DNA of 60,033 nt, the filler included, from Squatina squatina (Eukaryota), in the NCBI GenBank assembly GCA_031763465.1. It is 4 parts of 4 records of this genome, joined end to end, with 100 filler letters (N's around TTAATTAATTAA, not from the genome) between each part and the next. Parts side by side here need not be neighbours in the genome. Positions count along the whole stretch, not along the records: positions 30,444 to 47,199 come from JARFOE010000235.1; positions 47,300 to 60,033 come from JARFOE010000233.1; 2 more parts are not named here. One strand, given 5' to 3'. A model generated the notes under the pieces. It did no database searches and had not been told where the DNA came from. It saw only the letters and a list, made by a program, of their open reading frames with translations. Shown piece after piece: positions 37,371 to 50,901 of the stretch. The stretch's first letter is position 1, and each line of letters opens with the position of its first letter. The position numbers and the translations under genes are program-made.

Positions 37371-39299
37371 NNNNNNNNNNNNNNNNNNNNNNNNNNNNNN
37401 NNNNNNNNNNNNNNNNNNNNNNNNNNNNNNNNNNNNNNNNNNNNNNNNNNNNNNNNNNNNNNNNNNNNNNATGAAACTCATGTGGAGGTTGAGGACGTGC
37501 TGCCATTTTCACAAGGTTAATGACGGAGCAGCGCAAATCGTCAAGCACTTTGTGGCGATTTGCAATTCACGGGGTATCTCTTCCTTGCCACATGTTACTG
37601 GACGATTTACACATTAATAACGGCCAGTGCATTAAACTTGCTGTCATTTTGGCAGTAAATTCTGGGTCAGTATACTAGAGTATAGATACCATTCCCCAGC
37701 TGCCATTCTGTGGGGGACATTTACAAGGCCTATCATTCTTTGGCAGAGGTCACTGTGATAACAGCAGGATTGGTTCAAAATATTCATGTTAAAGGTAGGC
37801 AATAGGGACCAGATGAATTTCACATCTTTGCAACAATTGGACTTGACAACACAATTGCACTTGGTATTTACTTACTCCTATATTATGTCTGATCCACCTC
37901 TTGTAAAAATATTGCACTCAATGAACACAAACAGAATGCACAAACAGAAATAAATGTTTTTTTTAGCCGAGGCTTTAAATTTTGAATTCAAAAGAGGCAG
38001 ATTAATGATGCAACGTGCAGTAACATCATGATATCATAGAAGGTGAAATATATGTTCAAAGCAGGAAAGGAAATTATTGGTTCTGTCCTTGTTGTCATGG
38101 CTGTGGCTGCAGAAACTGCTTTAATTGGTTGGACATTGTCTCTTGTGTGGTGGTGGCAGTGCGGTTGCTAGGACAATGCATGTTGTTTCATACAAGATTG
38201 TGCCTGGCAGGAAGGTGAAGGGAAGGCAACTGCTGGAGCTTGAAAATTCAGCGTGTTTGCCGTGACCATATATGGAACAGATATAATTGCATATAAATAN
38301 NNNNNNNNNNNNNNNNNNNNNNNNNNNNNNNNNNNNNNNNNNNNNNNNNNNNNNNNNNNNNNNNNNNNNNNNNNNNNNNNNNNNNNNNNNNNNNNNNNNA
38401 GGCAGCTCTCCACCACATTCTGAAAGGCAACTAGGGTTGCACAATAAATGCCAGCCTTGGTAGCAACACCCTTATTCCAAGAATGAATAAATATTATTCT
38501 GCTGTTGTAAAACAAAATATATCATCCAACTTACTGTGAGCAAACCCACGGGAGATCTAGCTTATGAATTTTGATGCAGTGTTCTATTCTACCATTGATT
38601 TATTCTATCATTGAAGAATATCCAAACCACTGCCCAAAGTTGCAGGTAGCAGTTAACATATTGACTTGTTAACATTTTAAAAGAAGCTTTTAATGTTGTT
38701 AAGGTAAAACATTCAACAACCATGTAACAACATAATAACATGCCATTTGCTAAGTTATAATTACATTGTTCAGTGTTCCTATCCCTTTAGCGTAAATGTC
38801 ACGACATCTATAAAGGGGTGAAACAATTAAGTTTAAATTATAGTGTTTGCTTAAAAAGAACTTCACTTGAGTAAGTTCGGTTGTATGTCTGCATTATGTG
38901 ATATACATTGGAGCTGCCAAGTTAAGAGGAAATGAATGACTTCAGAGCAATGAGCTATAAATGAGTTTGCTGAGCCCTTTGTGCAGAGTAAGCGGAACAG
39001 TTCATGGTATTAATGCATGACTTTTTATGGTTTCAAGGATATATTTTGGCAGTTGCTTGCTTTCGTATTCTAACTTTTGATTCAAGGGATTAGCACAGTT
39101 AATACAAGACTTTCAGCTATGGGATCTGGATTTTAATTTAGCTTGGACTGATGGGAACAAAGTCTCTCTTGGGGTCCTATCTGGACATAACCAATCCATT
39201 TCATACTGTACATTGGCTTAAAGCGCAAAATTGTCTAGTTTGATCCAGTGGCATTAATTTTCTATTTCTATCCGAACCCACAAGCATGACTGGTTACAT

Positions 39300-39520
39300 A
39301 CCACTTACAACATGGAAATGGGCTGTTTGGCCCAACCAGTGCGTGTTTATCTTCCATGTGGACATGCATCCTTATCCAATCTGCTCTGTTGCCATATCCT
39401 TTTATTTTTCTTTCCTTCAACCATCCATCTAATTTATTCTTAAATGTTGACTTAGTCTGTGTTTCAATCACAAACTCTGGTAGTGCATTCCACAGCCTCA
39501 TAACCCTGGTGTGGAAGGAG
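39300..39520 (-). mobile_element. CR1 LINE 3' end
   Basis: RVMRLWNALP...FKNKLD plus 3' UTR. Confidence 0.75.
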
Positions 39521-40019
39521 TAAATAATTAATTCCACTGATGCAGTAGGAGTGCTGTTCTGAGGTTTGTGGTTAAGGCATTATATTGGAATAAAGTCGAG
39601 GGCATTTACATTGCATGCATTCATTGTGATGTCCTGTGAGTGCTTAAAGTTGACGTTGCTTAGCTCACTTGGTAGCACTCACCTTCATAACTAACTGCAA
39701 ACCAACAGTTATGAAATGCTTTGTTTGGACAATGTGAGGCACTATATAAATGTAACTTTTTTTCTTTGTCAGAAGATTGTGGGTAGAAGCCTCATAGCAG
39801 GATTTGAACTCAATTTAAGCTAACATGCCAGTGCATTACTAAAGGAGTGCTGTATTGTCCGAACTGGTCAAGGGTCCACACCTGAAACATTAATTCATCT
39901 GTTCTCTCCACAGATGCTGAGTGATTCAGAATTTTGTTTCTCTTTCAGATTTCCAGCACCGAGGATCATAGAATGATACAGCAAGCACATAGCGAATGAT
40001 ACAGCAAGCACATAGCAGA

Positions 40020-40468
40020 TGATATTTAATGTAGGGAACTGTGAAGTAATAGAAAGAAGAATGAGGAGAAGCAATATGAACTAAATGGTACAATTTTAAA
40101 AGATGTTGCAGGAACAGAGAGACCTGGGAATGTATGTTCACAAATCTTTGAAGGTGGGAGAACAAGTTGAGAAGGCTGTTAAAAACGCATATGGGATCCT
40201 TGGCTTTATTAATAGAGGAATAGAGTACAAAAGCAAAGAAGTTATGCTAAACCTTTATAAAACAGTGGTTAGGCCTCAGCTGGAGTATTGTGATCAAGTC
40301 TGGGCACCACACTTTAGGAAGAATGTCAGGGCTTGGAGAGGGTGCAGAAGAGATTTATGCAAATGATCACAGGGATGAGGGACTTCAGTTACGGGGAGAA
40401 ACTGGTGAATCTGGGGTTGTTCTCCTTAGAGCAGAAAAGGTTAAGAGGAAATATGATAGAGGTGTTCA
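40020..40468 (+). mobile_element. CR1 LINE ORF2 C-terminal fragment
   Basis: QRDLGMYVHKSLK...LYKTVVRPQLEYC..VWAP...ERVQKRF. Confidence 0.9.
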
Positions 40469-41871
40469 NNNNNNNNNNNNNNNNNNNNNNNNNNNNNNNN
40501 NNNNNNNNNNNNNNNNNNNNNNNNNNNNNNNNNNNNNNNNNNNNNNNNNNNNNNNNNNNNNNNNNNNNCAGTGCAATTCATTTATCTTCAACCTGCCATG
40601 ATGAGATTTCTGTGTTCTAAACTGTTGGCCACCAGGATGAATACTTCAAAATGCGAATTATGATCAGTAACAATTATATTGGCCTTGCAAGTGGAAAAGT
40701 TAAAGATTGTTCAAATTTAACATCTTTGGATTACTGCAGTTTAAGTGTGGTTTTGACACTGCAAATATTTAATTGTGAAAGTTTAGAAAATGTCATTCAG
40801 TATTTTTAAAGGCTTTTAGAAATGTCTCCGAAGTAATAATTAAATTTGAGATCTAAAGATTCATGCTTTTGCAATGAAAAGGAATCTCAGAAAAAGTTCC
40901 ATTAAATCGGAATGAGGGTTTTTTTAACCCTTTAATCTAGATTTCTAAATTAGAGAGACTGGCAGCTTTAACTGCCTGGATTTCTAGAAATTAAATGTAT
41001 TTGGTATTTTAATTAAAGAATTCCTTTTGAGTATCAAATATGCTTTTGAAGTTTAAAAAAAAATCCCATCCTCCAAGTTGTCACCTGGTAATGGAAGCGG
41101 TTTTCTAAAAATAACTGTTTATATCATAACATTTTCAATGTGAAAGTAGTGGCATTGTGAAAAAGGAAAAATAATATTTGAAACCTTCTGATTAAGTTCT
41201 GTACTCATTTTGAAAAGTGATATCTTGGGCAATTTTACTTATTTTCATCCAGTGAATCTTGGATAATTAAGTTTTTGATACTGACAGCTTTGTTTACCTT
41301 CAGCTGACTTGGAATTACCTATGTAGTGAGCTGTACCATTTATTTGGGGAGAAGGATTGGATTTCAATCAACATTAGGCTTAATGTATTTCTTTTGAAAG
41401 AATTGCAAGTATATTTAGTGAAAGAATAATCAGCCTAAATACAGAAATTATTTTTCCTTGCTGAAAGGTAACCATACCTACAGTATCAAGTTAAGTTTCA
41501 GCCTTCACGGTTGCATAGTATGTTTGCTGACATTGATTATGGCAGTTACAAAAGGAAAACTGAATAAACTTAGACTGAAGTGATCCAGATTGAATGTCCA
41601 GTTTAACTTTTTTTTGGACCCTTTCCCTTATAGCTTTCCTAACTGCATGAAGCTTGCACTCTGATTCTTGGTACATTAAAATGGCTATGTCGGCCAACCC
41701 CATACTTGCATTTGCCAGCCATACTTCAACAATAGATTTGTAAGTTCTGTTCTGGATGCAAGATTAAGTTGNNNNNNNNNNNNNNNNNNNNNNNNNNNNN
41801 NNNNNNNNNNNNNNNNNNNNNNNNNNNNNNNNNNNNNNNNNNNNNNNNNNNNNNNNNNNNNNNNNNNNNNN

Positions 41872-41995
41872 AAAGGCAGTGTCTGACAATGCAGTACTCC
41901 CTCAGTGCCGCACTGAAGTGTCAACCCACATAATGTGGTAGAGTAAAACTTGAACCCACAACTTTCTAATTCAGAGACAAGTTGCTAATAACTAA
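41872..41995 (-). mobile_element. DeuSINE 5' fragment
   Basis: GTGGGTTCAAG...CAGTGCGGCACTGAGGGAGTACTGCATTGTCAG. Confidence 0.65.
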
Positions 41996-42154
41996 GTCAA
42001 AAAAAATTGGATGTTTAAAAGTTTAAAAAAAAAATCACACTTTGTGGTGAACTTACTTATTTTGGTGAAATTATTGACATTGACAAAAAAATGTGGGAAA
42101 GCAATCAATAATGAGTCAGTTTAACATTACTGTTTGTTTCTTTCAAACACTCAC

Positions 42155-42221
42155 CCAATCTGATTTTCTCTGCTCGTTGGTTCAATTCAGTAACTAGTAT
42201 CTTCATTCTTTCATGATTTTC
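42155..42221 (-). CDS. MCCC2: Methylcrotonoyl-CoA carboxylase beta subunit, exon 2 equivalent
   Basis: atcttcaag|GAA...TTGG|gtgagt; ENHERMKILVTELNQRAEKIRL(G) resembles MCCC2 [23 protein letters not shown]; 67 bp. Confidence 0.8.
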
Positions 42222-42589
42222 CTTGAAGATAAACGAAGATTTGTGAGAGCATGCATTGTTATTTTGTACTTCTATTTTTCCTCTACTCCTTTCACAGTAA
42301 TTCACTTTTTCAACATCCATTTCTAGCCACAAGTTAAGTTGAACAGGCAAAAGATTATTCCACAGTAATCGTGGCCAATACAAACGGATTTACAAAACAA
42401 GAGTGCTGGAAGCACAGCAGGTCATTCAGCGTCTGTGGAGAGAACAGAGAGTGTACATTTCAGTTCTGAAGTATATACAACCCAAATCGTAGTCTCCTCT
42501 CCACAGTTGCTGATTGACCTGTTGTGTGTTCCCAGATTTGTTTTGTTTTGTTTCAGATTTTCAACTTCTACAGGATTTTGCTTATTTTG

Positions 42590-43060
42590 CCAAGTGGACA
42601 AAATAGACACAGTCAACTGCAGGCCAATTAGTCTTACTTCCATTCCATGTAAAATAGTGAAATTGATCAGGAGCAAACTTGAGGATCATCAGTTCAATAA
42701 TAACCTATAAAACAGCAGTCAACGTGGATTCTTAAGAAGGTCCTGCCTGACCAGCCTCAATTTTTGATCAAGTGTCATCCCAAATGAATTAAGGAAAGCC
42801 CCAAAATACAATATAAAAAGTTCTACAACAAAGCCTTTTGTTCCAAGTGTGTACAGCAATAGATGAAATTTTATGTAGTCAAATGTAAAGCACTCCGCAC
42901 AGGAAAATCTAAGCCACGCGTGTATTGCATGAATGGTGTTGAAATAGCTAAGCATAAAGTTGAAGGTGATCCAGGAGTCTTAGTAGACTTGATGCTCAAA
43001 ATGCCCAACCAGTGCAAAACTAATAGAATGGTGAACTACTTACCAAAACTGTGCAAGGGA
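42590..43060 (+). mobile_element. Old, internally deleted CR1 LINE
   Basis: NCRPISLTSIPCKI and MKFYVVKCKAL...DPGVLVD motifs. Confidence 0.7.
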
Positions 43061-45891
43061 AAGGATTCTATAAAACGACTTTGATGCCATGGGATCAATT
43101 TGGACTTTTGGGTGACCGATGGGCGGAGCATGGATTGAGGCTCCAAGATTGAGCAAAGGCAGTTAGACTGATGAAATTCATAATGATATTTAATTTACAA
43201 TCTAAAACAGCATCTGATATCAGTGCCTTTACATCAACTTTTACAGCATAAAAATCAGGTAATAAGCAAACTGCTTTATAACTATTTTCCATTAAACATC
43301 CTCCACATATTGTAGGAGTTAAGCCATGCTGATTTGGTGCTGGAAAAGCCATGTGCTCAGTGCACATATGAAATATCATTATGACATTATAGATGAAAGA
43401 TGTCACATGCAATCCCTACTCCCACATCAATTAAAGCCCCAGGACCCGTGCCATCGCACCAGTTTGCTTTTCCCTGACTAAAACGTTGATATGCAGCATT
43501 GTTCACCAAGTTGAATAAATTGCTACCATCGGGGGTAATCAAAAGGCTTTATCCTGAGCAGGAGAAACTCCAGATATTTTGTGGCTCCTCAGGGTATTGG
43601 ACTGATTCTTTAAATAGCGAAAAAAATAAATGATCCCACTACCTTGGATCATTCAGGTATTTGTGTAGGTCATTGGTTAGCACTCATACCTGTTGTAGGA
43701 GTGCTGTTAAAATGTTCTTGTGTTCAATTAAGAGGATAAAGTCAAGATTGCAAGCTAGGCTCTTTCTTCAGGACCCAGAGTTTTTAAACGAAGTACCGGT
43801 CCATGATTGCAATGTCTACACATATCTGATGACTGTCTAATCAGAGCTCTGAGTCAAAAGTGTTGTGCTATGTAACTCAGTAAAGTGCAGCGGTGTTTAA
43901 TGGTCAATAATGAGAAGTGTCAGCTGCAGTCTACCAAGTGTGTAGTTTCGGTGAAGGGAAGAAATCGGATCAATCTGCCAGGTTTCATTCAGTACTGAGA
44001 TGTTCTTTTACTTATTGAAAAAGAGGTTGTGAATCGGATGGCCCTTATTCACAAATAAGCAAACCTTCCAGAGGCAACATGGAGCAAAACAATGTTTGGG
44101 TGTGGTGAAGTGGGCGGCGTGCAGCGGCCCGATGTGAAAGAGGAAGGGGAGACGGTGAGGAAGTTGGAGAGATTAATTGCCAGGGAGTAATCTAGTTGCG
44201 ATGTTTGCTAGGACAAGGANNNNNNNNNNNNNNNNNNNNNNNNNNNNNNNNNNNNNNNNNNNNNNNNNNNNNNNNNNNNNNNNNNNNNNNNNNNNNNNNN
44301 NNNNNNNNNNNNNNNNNNNGAGTCTCATTCCTACAGGTATTAAATTGTTAGAAATGTTCAAAATTTTAAATTTTAAATTTTTTTTCTTATTTTCCTTTGT
44401 CTTTCTCTCTTAATCCAATTTTTCTTCCTCTTTCTGTACCTCATTTGACTCTAATTTGATTCTCCGTCGTACCTCTGTTTCTTTCTCAATCCTTAATTCT
44501 CATTGGTTAAGGAGATAGACTGTTGGTCCCATTGCTTACCAAGGTCCCAGATGCCTCATTGGCTTCGCTGCTCTGTTACCAGCTCGCACTTCCAGTAATT
44601 TGCAGGAGAGAAACTAACTGGGCACTTTGAGCAAATTCGGGCCATTATTTCGCTATAAGGATTTGTTGGGAGCTGGAAAAGGCCCACTGCAGTTATATAA
44701 ACACTAAAATATTGTTTGAACGATTCCAGGTTTCTCCTAATTTTGCTACCTGATTTGTATTTCTGAAATAGGATCATGTTGATTAACTTTGAGAAACTTT
44801 CAACAGGATTAATCTTTTAAATCCACAGCTGAAAAGCCATGTTTTATGATCTAAGTTTCAACAAACAGTTCTTGGGTCAGATCTTTGAAGGTTCTGTCAT
44901 TACAAATGTTATTCTGTAACTGTATACACAGCAGCTACTGGAGTTACAATGATCCGAGGATTTTGAGTGGAATTTTTCTGCCAATTTTCCCCATATTTCC
45001 TGAAATAGCTTATTGAGTTATCACTCTGATATCTCACCAATATCCATAATTTCTGTGAGTGTAGACAAGCTATTCAGTTGTGTGGGGCAGCACAGACGAA
45101 CCCAATTCTGTCCTTGGTCAATGCCTTCACGTACAACAGGCATTGATGGCTACCGATCAGAAGTCCAGTTACATTGAGACCGATTGTAATGCCCCTGAGA
45201 TTGTAATGACTTTGGCGAACTTAATGTAGACTACGGACTGAACCTGGGACTTTATTGTTATTCACTGAATAACTTGACTGAGCTTTATTCTGCAATATTT
45301 TATGCGGAGGGGAGGAGGCTGAAGGAAAGAAGATTCAAAAAGACCAGGTTACTGTAACGCCTGCCAGCAGTCTGAATGGATAATTCTCTTTGAACTGTTT
45401 GTAAAATTGGAGAGAACTCTAGTTTCGAGTTAGGCGAACGTAGAAGTGATCCTGGACATGGGCGTAGAAACTGAATTCCCATCTTTGAAGCCCAGCAGAA
45501 AGAGTAAAGCAATGGCCCAAGAAAGCGATACACTAGTCCGTGTAAGTACACAATTAATGGTCCTCAAAAATGAAACCAAAACTGTAGCAGTTACTGTATT
45601 AAATGATTCAAACATGAATTGCTTTGTTGTCAACCCAGTTGTTGGCTTTGTGTTCAGCAGCTGCTTTCTGTGGAACACAACGCAAAACAAACTGTTCAGT
45701 TTTGAATTGAAACAGACCAAAATGTTATCAAACCTATTTATTAACTCAGCTGGGGGCACTTCAGAGGGTGCAAACAAATTTACAAGGATGCNNNNNNNNN
45801 NNNNNNNNNNNNNNNNNNNNNNNNNNNNNNNNNNNNNNNNNNNNNNNNNNNNNNNNNNNNNNNNNNNNNNNNNNNNNNNNNNNNNNNNNNN

Positions 45892-46570
45892 ATGAGCTTC
45901 CGACCACACATCCACGACATAACTAAACCCGCCTATTTCCACCTCCATAACATCGCCCGTCTCCGGCCCTGTCTCAGCTCACCTGCTGCTGAAGCCCTCA
46001 TCCATGCTTTTACCTCTAGACTTGACTATTCCAATGCACTCCTGGCTGGCCTCCCACATTGTACCCTATGTAAACTTGAAGTCATCCAAAACTCGGCAGC
46101 CCATGTCCTAACTCGCACCAAGTCCCATTCACCCATCACCCCTGTGCTTGTTGACCTACATTAGCTCCCGGTTAAGCATCTCGATTTCAAAATTCTCATC
46201 CTTGTTTATAAATCCCTCCATGGCCTCGCACCTCCTTATCTCTAATCTCCTGCAACCTCACAATCCCCCCCGAGATATCTGTGCTCCTCAAATTCTGCCC
46301 TTTTGAGTATCCTTGATTATAATCGCTCTACTTTTGGGGGCCGTGCCTTCCGCTGCCTAGGCCATAAGCTCTGGAACTCCCTCCCTAAACCTCTCCACCT
46401 CTCTTTCCTCCTTTAAGTCGCTCCTTAAAACCTACCTCTTTGACCAAGCAGGTCAATCTGCCATAATTTCTTATGTGCTCGGTGTCAAATTTTTGTCTTG
46501 TAACACTCCTGTGAAGAGCCTTGGGACGTTTTACTACGTTAAAGGTGCTATATAGATACAAGTTGTTGAG
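45892..46570 (+). mobile_element. L2-clade LINE 3' end
   Basis: AYFHLHNIARLRP...SRLDYSNALLAGLP...HITPV-like segment, GGRAF motif, 3' UTR with gttgttg tail. Confidence 0.9.
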
Positions 46571-47089
46571 CTACGGGCAGAGCAGAGAAAGAAAATGATC
46601 TGGGGATAAGTGGTGAAATACAATTCCTTGTAATATTGGAATAGTAATAATCCCATATGTTTGTGACTCAGCATTTTTTGGGAATGTATGAAGTGGCTGA
46701 CAGCCAGCACCACAGCAGAGGATGAATGTTGTAATAGTAATTGCCAGAGTATTAATCTTTACTGAATGGAGTCCATGTGGATTTGGCTGCATGCCTGTCC
46801 TTTAGCCCATGCTGGGCTGCTGGATTCCAGTTCCTGGGATTCTTCTAAAGCTTTGAATAAATGGTGTTTTTTCCTGGGAGCCTCGTCAAGATTTCTTGGA
46901 TAGTAGTGTCCAGTTAGAGAGTTAGTGGCTTGAATCATTTGTAATTGTAACATTTACCTTTTTCTTATTGAAAGTATGTTGTTTTAATTCATATTTAACC
47001 TGAAGTGTTTTTGATAGATGTGCTGTGTAATGGAAAGGTATGGGCTATTCTCAAAGTTAAACAACGATTCTATATTGAGTAATACAGAA

Positions 47090-47199
47090 GTGAAATACTG
47101 CGGATGCTGGAATCTAGAATACAAAAAAAAAGTGCTGGAAAAACTTAGCAGGTCAGGCAGCATCTGTGGAGAGAAAAACAGAGTCAACGTTTTGGGTCG
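47090..47199 (+). repeat. Abundant interspersed repeat; related copies near 39860-39960 and 42400-42575
   Basis: aatactgcggatgctgg...gctggaaaaacttagcaggtcaggcagcatctgtggagag recurs within the window. Confidence 0.6.
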
Positions 47200-47243
47200 N
47201 NNNNNNNNNNNNNNNNNNNNNNNNNNNNNNNNNNNNNNNNNNN

Positions 47244-47255
47244 TTAATTAATTAA
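47244..47255. other. Artificial scaffold linker TTAATTAATTAA
   Basis: 44 N on each side. Confidence 0.95.
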
Positions 47256-47357
47256 NNNNNNNNNNNNNNNNNNNNNNNNNNNNNNNNNNNNNNNNNNNNT
47301 GAGTGTTGTTTAGTTCTAGTGATTTAATAAGAAAACCTCAAACTGTACTTTTTCTAG

Positions 47358-48043
47358 TAAAGGAGGAAGGAGGATCCCCTGCAGAGGAAGCTGGACCATC
47401 GGGAACACAAGTCATTTGCCATGAGGACGGAGCAAGAAGTTGGACACCACCCTCAGAATCTCTATCCTCCCCACATGTGCCACCCTCATTACCGGAGGCA
47501 TACCTTTCCCACAGGGACCCATGCCCACCACCCAAAGCCAGCTTGATGAATGAGTTTGATAGACAACTGCTCGCATCTCAAAACCAGCAGACTGCGCTCT
47601 TGAGAGATTTTTGGGAAGGATTCCAGCCCCTTATGCGGGACCTCATACAGGCAACCCGGGAGTTAGCTCGTGAAACTCACTTAGTTGCTGAGCATACCCA
47701 TCAGGTGGCCCAGCAGACGAAGGGAGTGGCTGAGAACACCAGAGAACTGGTGCTGCAAAACCAGCGGCTAGTCCTTCACACCCAGGAAATGGCTCAAAAC
47801 ATTTCAGAGATGCACCTGTCCATGCAGCAGCATTTCTCCCAAACATCCCTGGAGCCACGAAGGCTCATGGGGTCTGTGCTTGAACAACCAGACCACACAG
47901 CAAGTTTGCAGGGCTACTCTCTCACACATCTTCCTCAGCCGGAGAGTCCGCGACCTTCTGGAGTGGAGCAACCTGAGACATTTGGTTTGGCACAAACAAG
48001 GAGGAACTCCAGGACCCCTGAAAAGAAAAGACGATTAGTATGA
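47358..48043 (+). CDS. Unidentified terminal-exon-like ORF with heptad coiled coil (possibly a Harbinger-type Myb/SANT accessory protein)
   Basis: About 228 open codons after ctgtactttttctag; Pro/Ser-rich region, 7x7-aa heptads, basic end EKKRRLV*, then AT-rich UTR-like sequence. Confidence 0.45.
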
Positions 48044-48484
48044 GGACTATGCTGCTATGGAAAAGTTTAAAATAGACTGAGATATCGCAAATGAAGATGG
48101 TTAATTCTTTAATGTACATTTTTAAGTATTTTGTGTTATATTTTTGAATCCAGTATGTTATTCAACTTTTTTTTCTATTATTTTCCTAAGAAAAAAGTAT
48201 ATACAAAAATATACGTCCATTTGTTAATCTTGTTTAAACCTTATTTTAAAAATCTGGAACCTTCTGGTACAGAGCATTATTATACTGAGCCATGGAGTGA
48301 GAGGACAAAGGATTCATGAGCTCGTGCATTGCTAAAGCCTGGAATCTGCCTAGTATTAATTTTATCTTCAGCCACTCTAGGCGCNNNNNNNNNNNNNNNN
48401 NNNNNNNNNNNNNNNNNNNNNNNNNNNNNNNNNNNNNNNNNNNNNNNNNNNNNNNNNNNNNNNNNNNNNNNNNNNNNNNNNNNN

Positions 48485-49280
48485 ATTGGTATCATCCTCA
48501 CTGTTTGCCACACCTCCAAGTTTAGTATCATCGGCAAATTTTGAAATTTTACTCTGTATTCCAATATCCAAGTCATTTTTTATATATATATATATATATT
48601 AAAAACCCACAAAAAGCAGTGGTCTTAGCGCTGGCCCCTGGGGAACACCACTACCATCCTCCAGTCTGAAAAACAACCATCCACCACAACTCGCTGCCTT
48701 CTGTCCTTAAGCCAATTTTTTATCCAAGCTGACACTGACCCTCCTATTCCATGAGTCTCAATTTTGTTAACCAGCCTTTTATGTGGTACTTTGTCAAACA
48801 TTTTCTTACCTCTGGCACCACGCCCATATCTAAGGAGGATTGGAAGATTGTGGCCAGAGCCTCCACAATTTCCACCCTTACTTCCTTCAGTAATCTAGGA
48901 TGCATCCCATCTGGGATGGGTGACTTTTCTACTTTGAGTACTGCCAACCTTTTAAAAACCTCCTCTTTATCCATTTTTATCCTTTTCAAAATCGCTGCTA
49001 CATCCTGCTTTACTGCTCCATTGGCAGCATCCTCTTCTCTAGTGAAGACAGATGAAAGTGCTCATTTAGTACCTCAGCCATGCCCTCTGCCTCCACAAGA
49101 AGATCTCCATTTTGATCCCTAATCGGCCGCACCCACCCTATGACTAACCTTTTTACTATTTATATGTTTAGGAAAAGTTCCCTTTTATGTTAGCTGCTAA
49201 TCTATTCTCATACTTTCTCTTTGCCCTTCTTATTCCCCTTTTTTAGTTCTCTGTACTTTCTATATTCAGCTTGGTTCACT
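48485..49280 (-). mobile_element. CR1 LINE ORF2 fragment with internal deletion and (TA)n
   Basis: KSPIPDGMHPRLLKE, VPQG and ISKFADDTKLGG motifs. Confidence 0.88.
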
Positions 49281-50901
49281 ACTACAGGGGTTCTCAACTC
49301 TAAGGGTCCTCAAGAAGATTTCANNNNNNNNNNATTTCAGGGGGTCTGCCAGTTAGTTTGTCCCAATAATATGATGGCATAAACATCAGTAGTCTCCCCT
49401 GTACATTGAGATGAGTGGAATAGTCTCAGCGATACAAAGTCTGTGCATGCATAGTCAATTCAGGCTCTTACTGTTGGACACCATTTCAACGCTTAGACAA
49501 GTCGCTTTGCGTGTCACTGGCTTTTACAGCAGTGTTTTTGGGGCCCAGCCCTAATCGCTTCCATGTTCATAAAGCTCTCGTCGATTTTAACTATTAAATA
49601 AAATAGTGGAAGTTATAACTTCTTTTCCGAGGGATTAACTCCTGATTTGGGGGTTGAGAAATCCGTGAGTTAGTCCAGCATTGCATGGGCCAAGGAAATG
49701 TGAGCCTTCCTTTCAACCCTTTTCTTTCGCTCATGCAGAGCCACCACGTCAATTGGAAGCTGCTCACACCTTTGAAAAGAGCGCCGTTAATGGAGAGACT
49801 GAACCTTGGAGGGAGGGATGGGCCAAAAAAATAAAGAGACTTTCCAGTCTCTAGGCCTGCGGCAAGGCCATAATAATCAGGATCCAGACTGACTCTCTCC
49901 TTCAGTGTCTTCAGTTTGAGTCGATAAAATAGCTGAAGGCGNNNNNNNNNNNNNNNNNNNNNNNNNNNNNNNNNNNNNNNNNNNNNNNNNNNNNNNNNNN
50001 NNNNNNNNNNNNNNNNNNNNNNNNNNNNNNNNNNNNNNNNNAGGTGTATAAAGGAAAATCAATATGCCCAGCAGGAAGCCTGCTTGATTTTCCTCTTTGG
50101 GCTGTGCCCAAGTGATTCAACACACCCAGGTGCATAAAATCTCAATCAATTTCTCATATGGTATGTAAGAGATCACGATTTATATTCTGAATTTCCAATG
50201 CACATTCAGACCAAGGGAAAGATATGCTCCCTCCACCTCCTCCTCAACACATGCAGATTCACTCTGTGTCTCCCTTCATTGAAATAACCACTGAACTGAT
50301 ATTGTGGCTTAATTTATGATCGAGGTTTTGTTGCTGTTGTTGTTGTTTATAGTAAGATTGCTTTTGTATATTTTATGTAATTGACATTCTGTAGGTCAAG
50401 ATTTTCCAGTTTCAGCCAGTCGATCAAGGATTCTGCTTTGCCAGTATAATTCATTGCTTTCTAATTCAGTACAAATCTCAGCAGGTTCCAGCAACAAATT
50501 GGAAACATGCTGTGGCACTGGCAAGAGTTTCACTAGTTTGGGGCTTGTTTATTTCCACTGTCACACATAAGACTACAAGAGCAAAGAGGTAATGCTAAAC
50601 TTATACACATCATTAGACCGCAGTTAGAATATTAGAGCCAATTTTTCTCTCTGAGCGCTTCCTGGGTAGTTAACAGGCATCACATACCTGAGGTGTGCTG
50701 CATCTGCCACACAAGAGGAGGCACCATTTTCCTGTCCTGGTTTATTTGCATGGCCATGTGCAGACTGCCTGCTGGCTGGGCCTCAAGGCTGAGAGCAGGG
50801 CNNNNNNNNNNNNNNNNNNNNNNNNNNNNNNNNNNNNNNNNNNNNNNNNNNNNNNNNNNNNNNNNNNNNNNNNNNNNNNNNNNNNNNNNNNNNNNNNNNN
50901 N

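Noticed and set aside
45446-45791. Calx-beta-like reading of NETKTVAVTVLNDS
   Set aside because: Only a superficial motif; lacks the acidic DD..E..E.F residues and lies past a consensus splice donor
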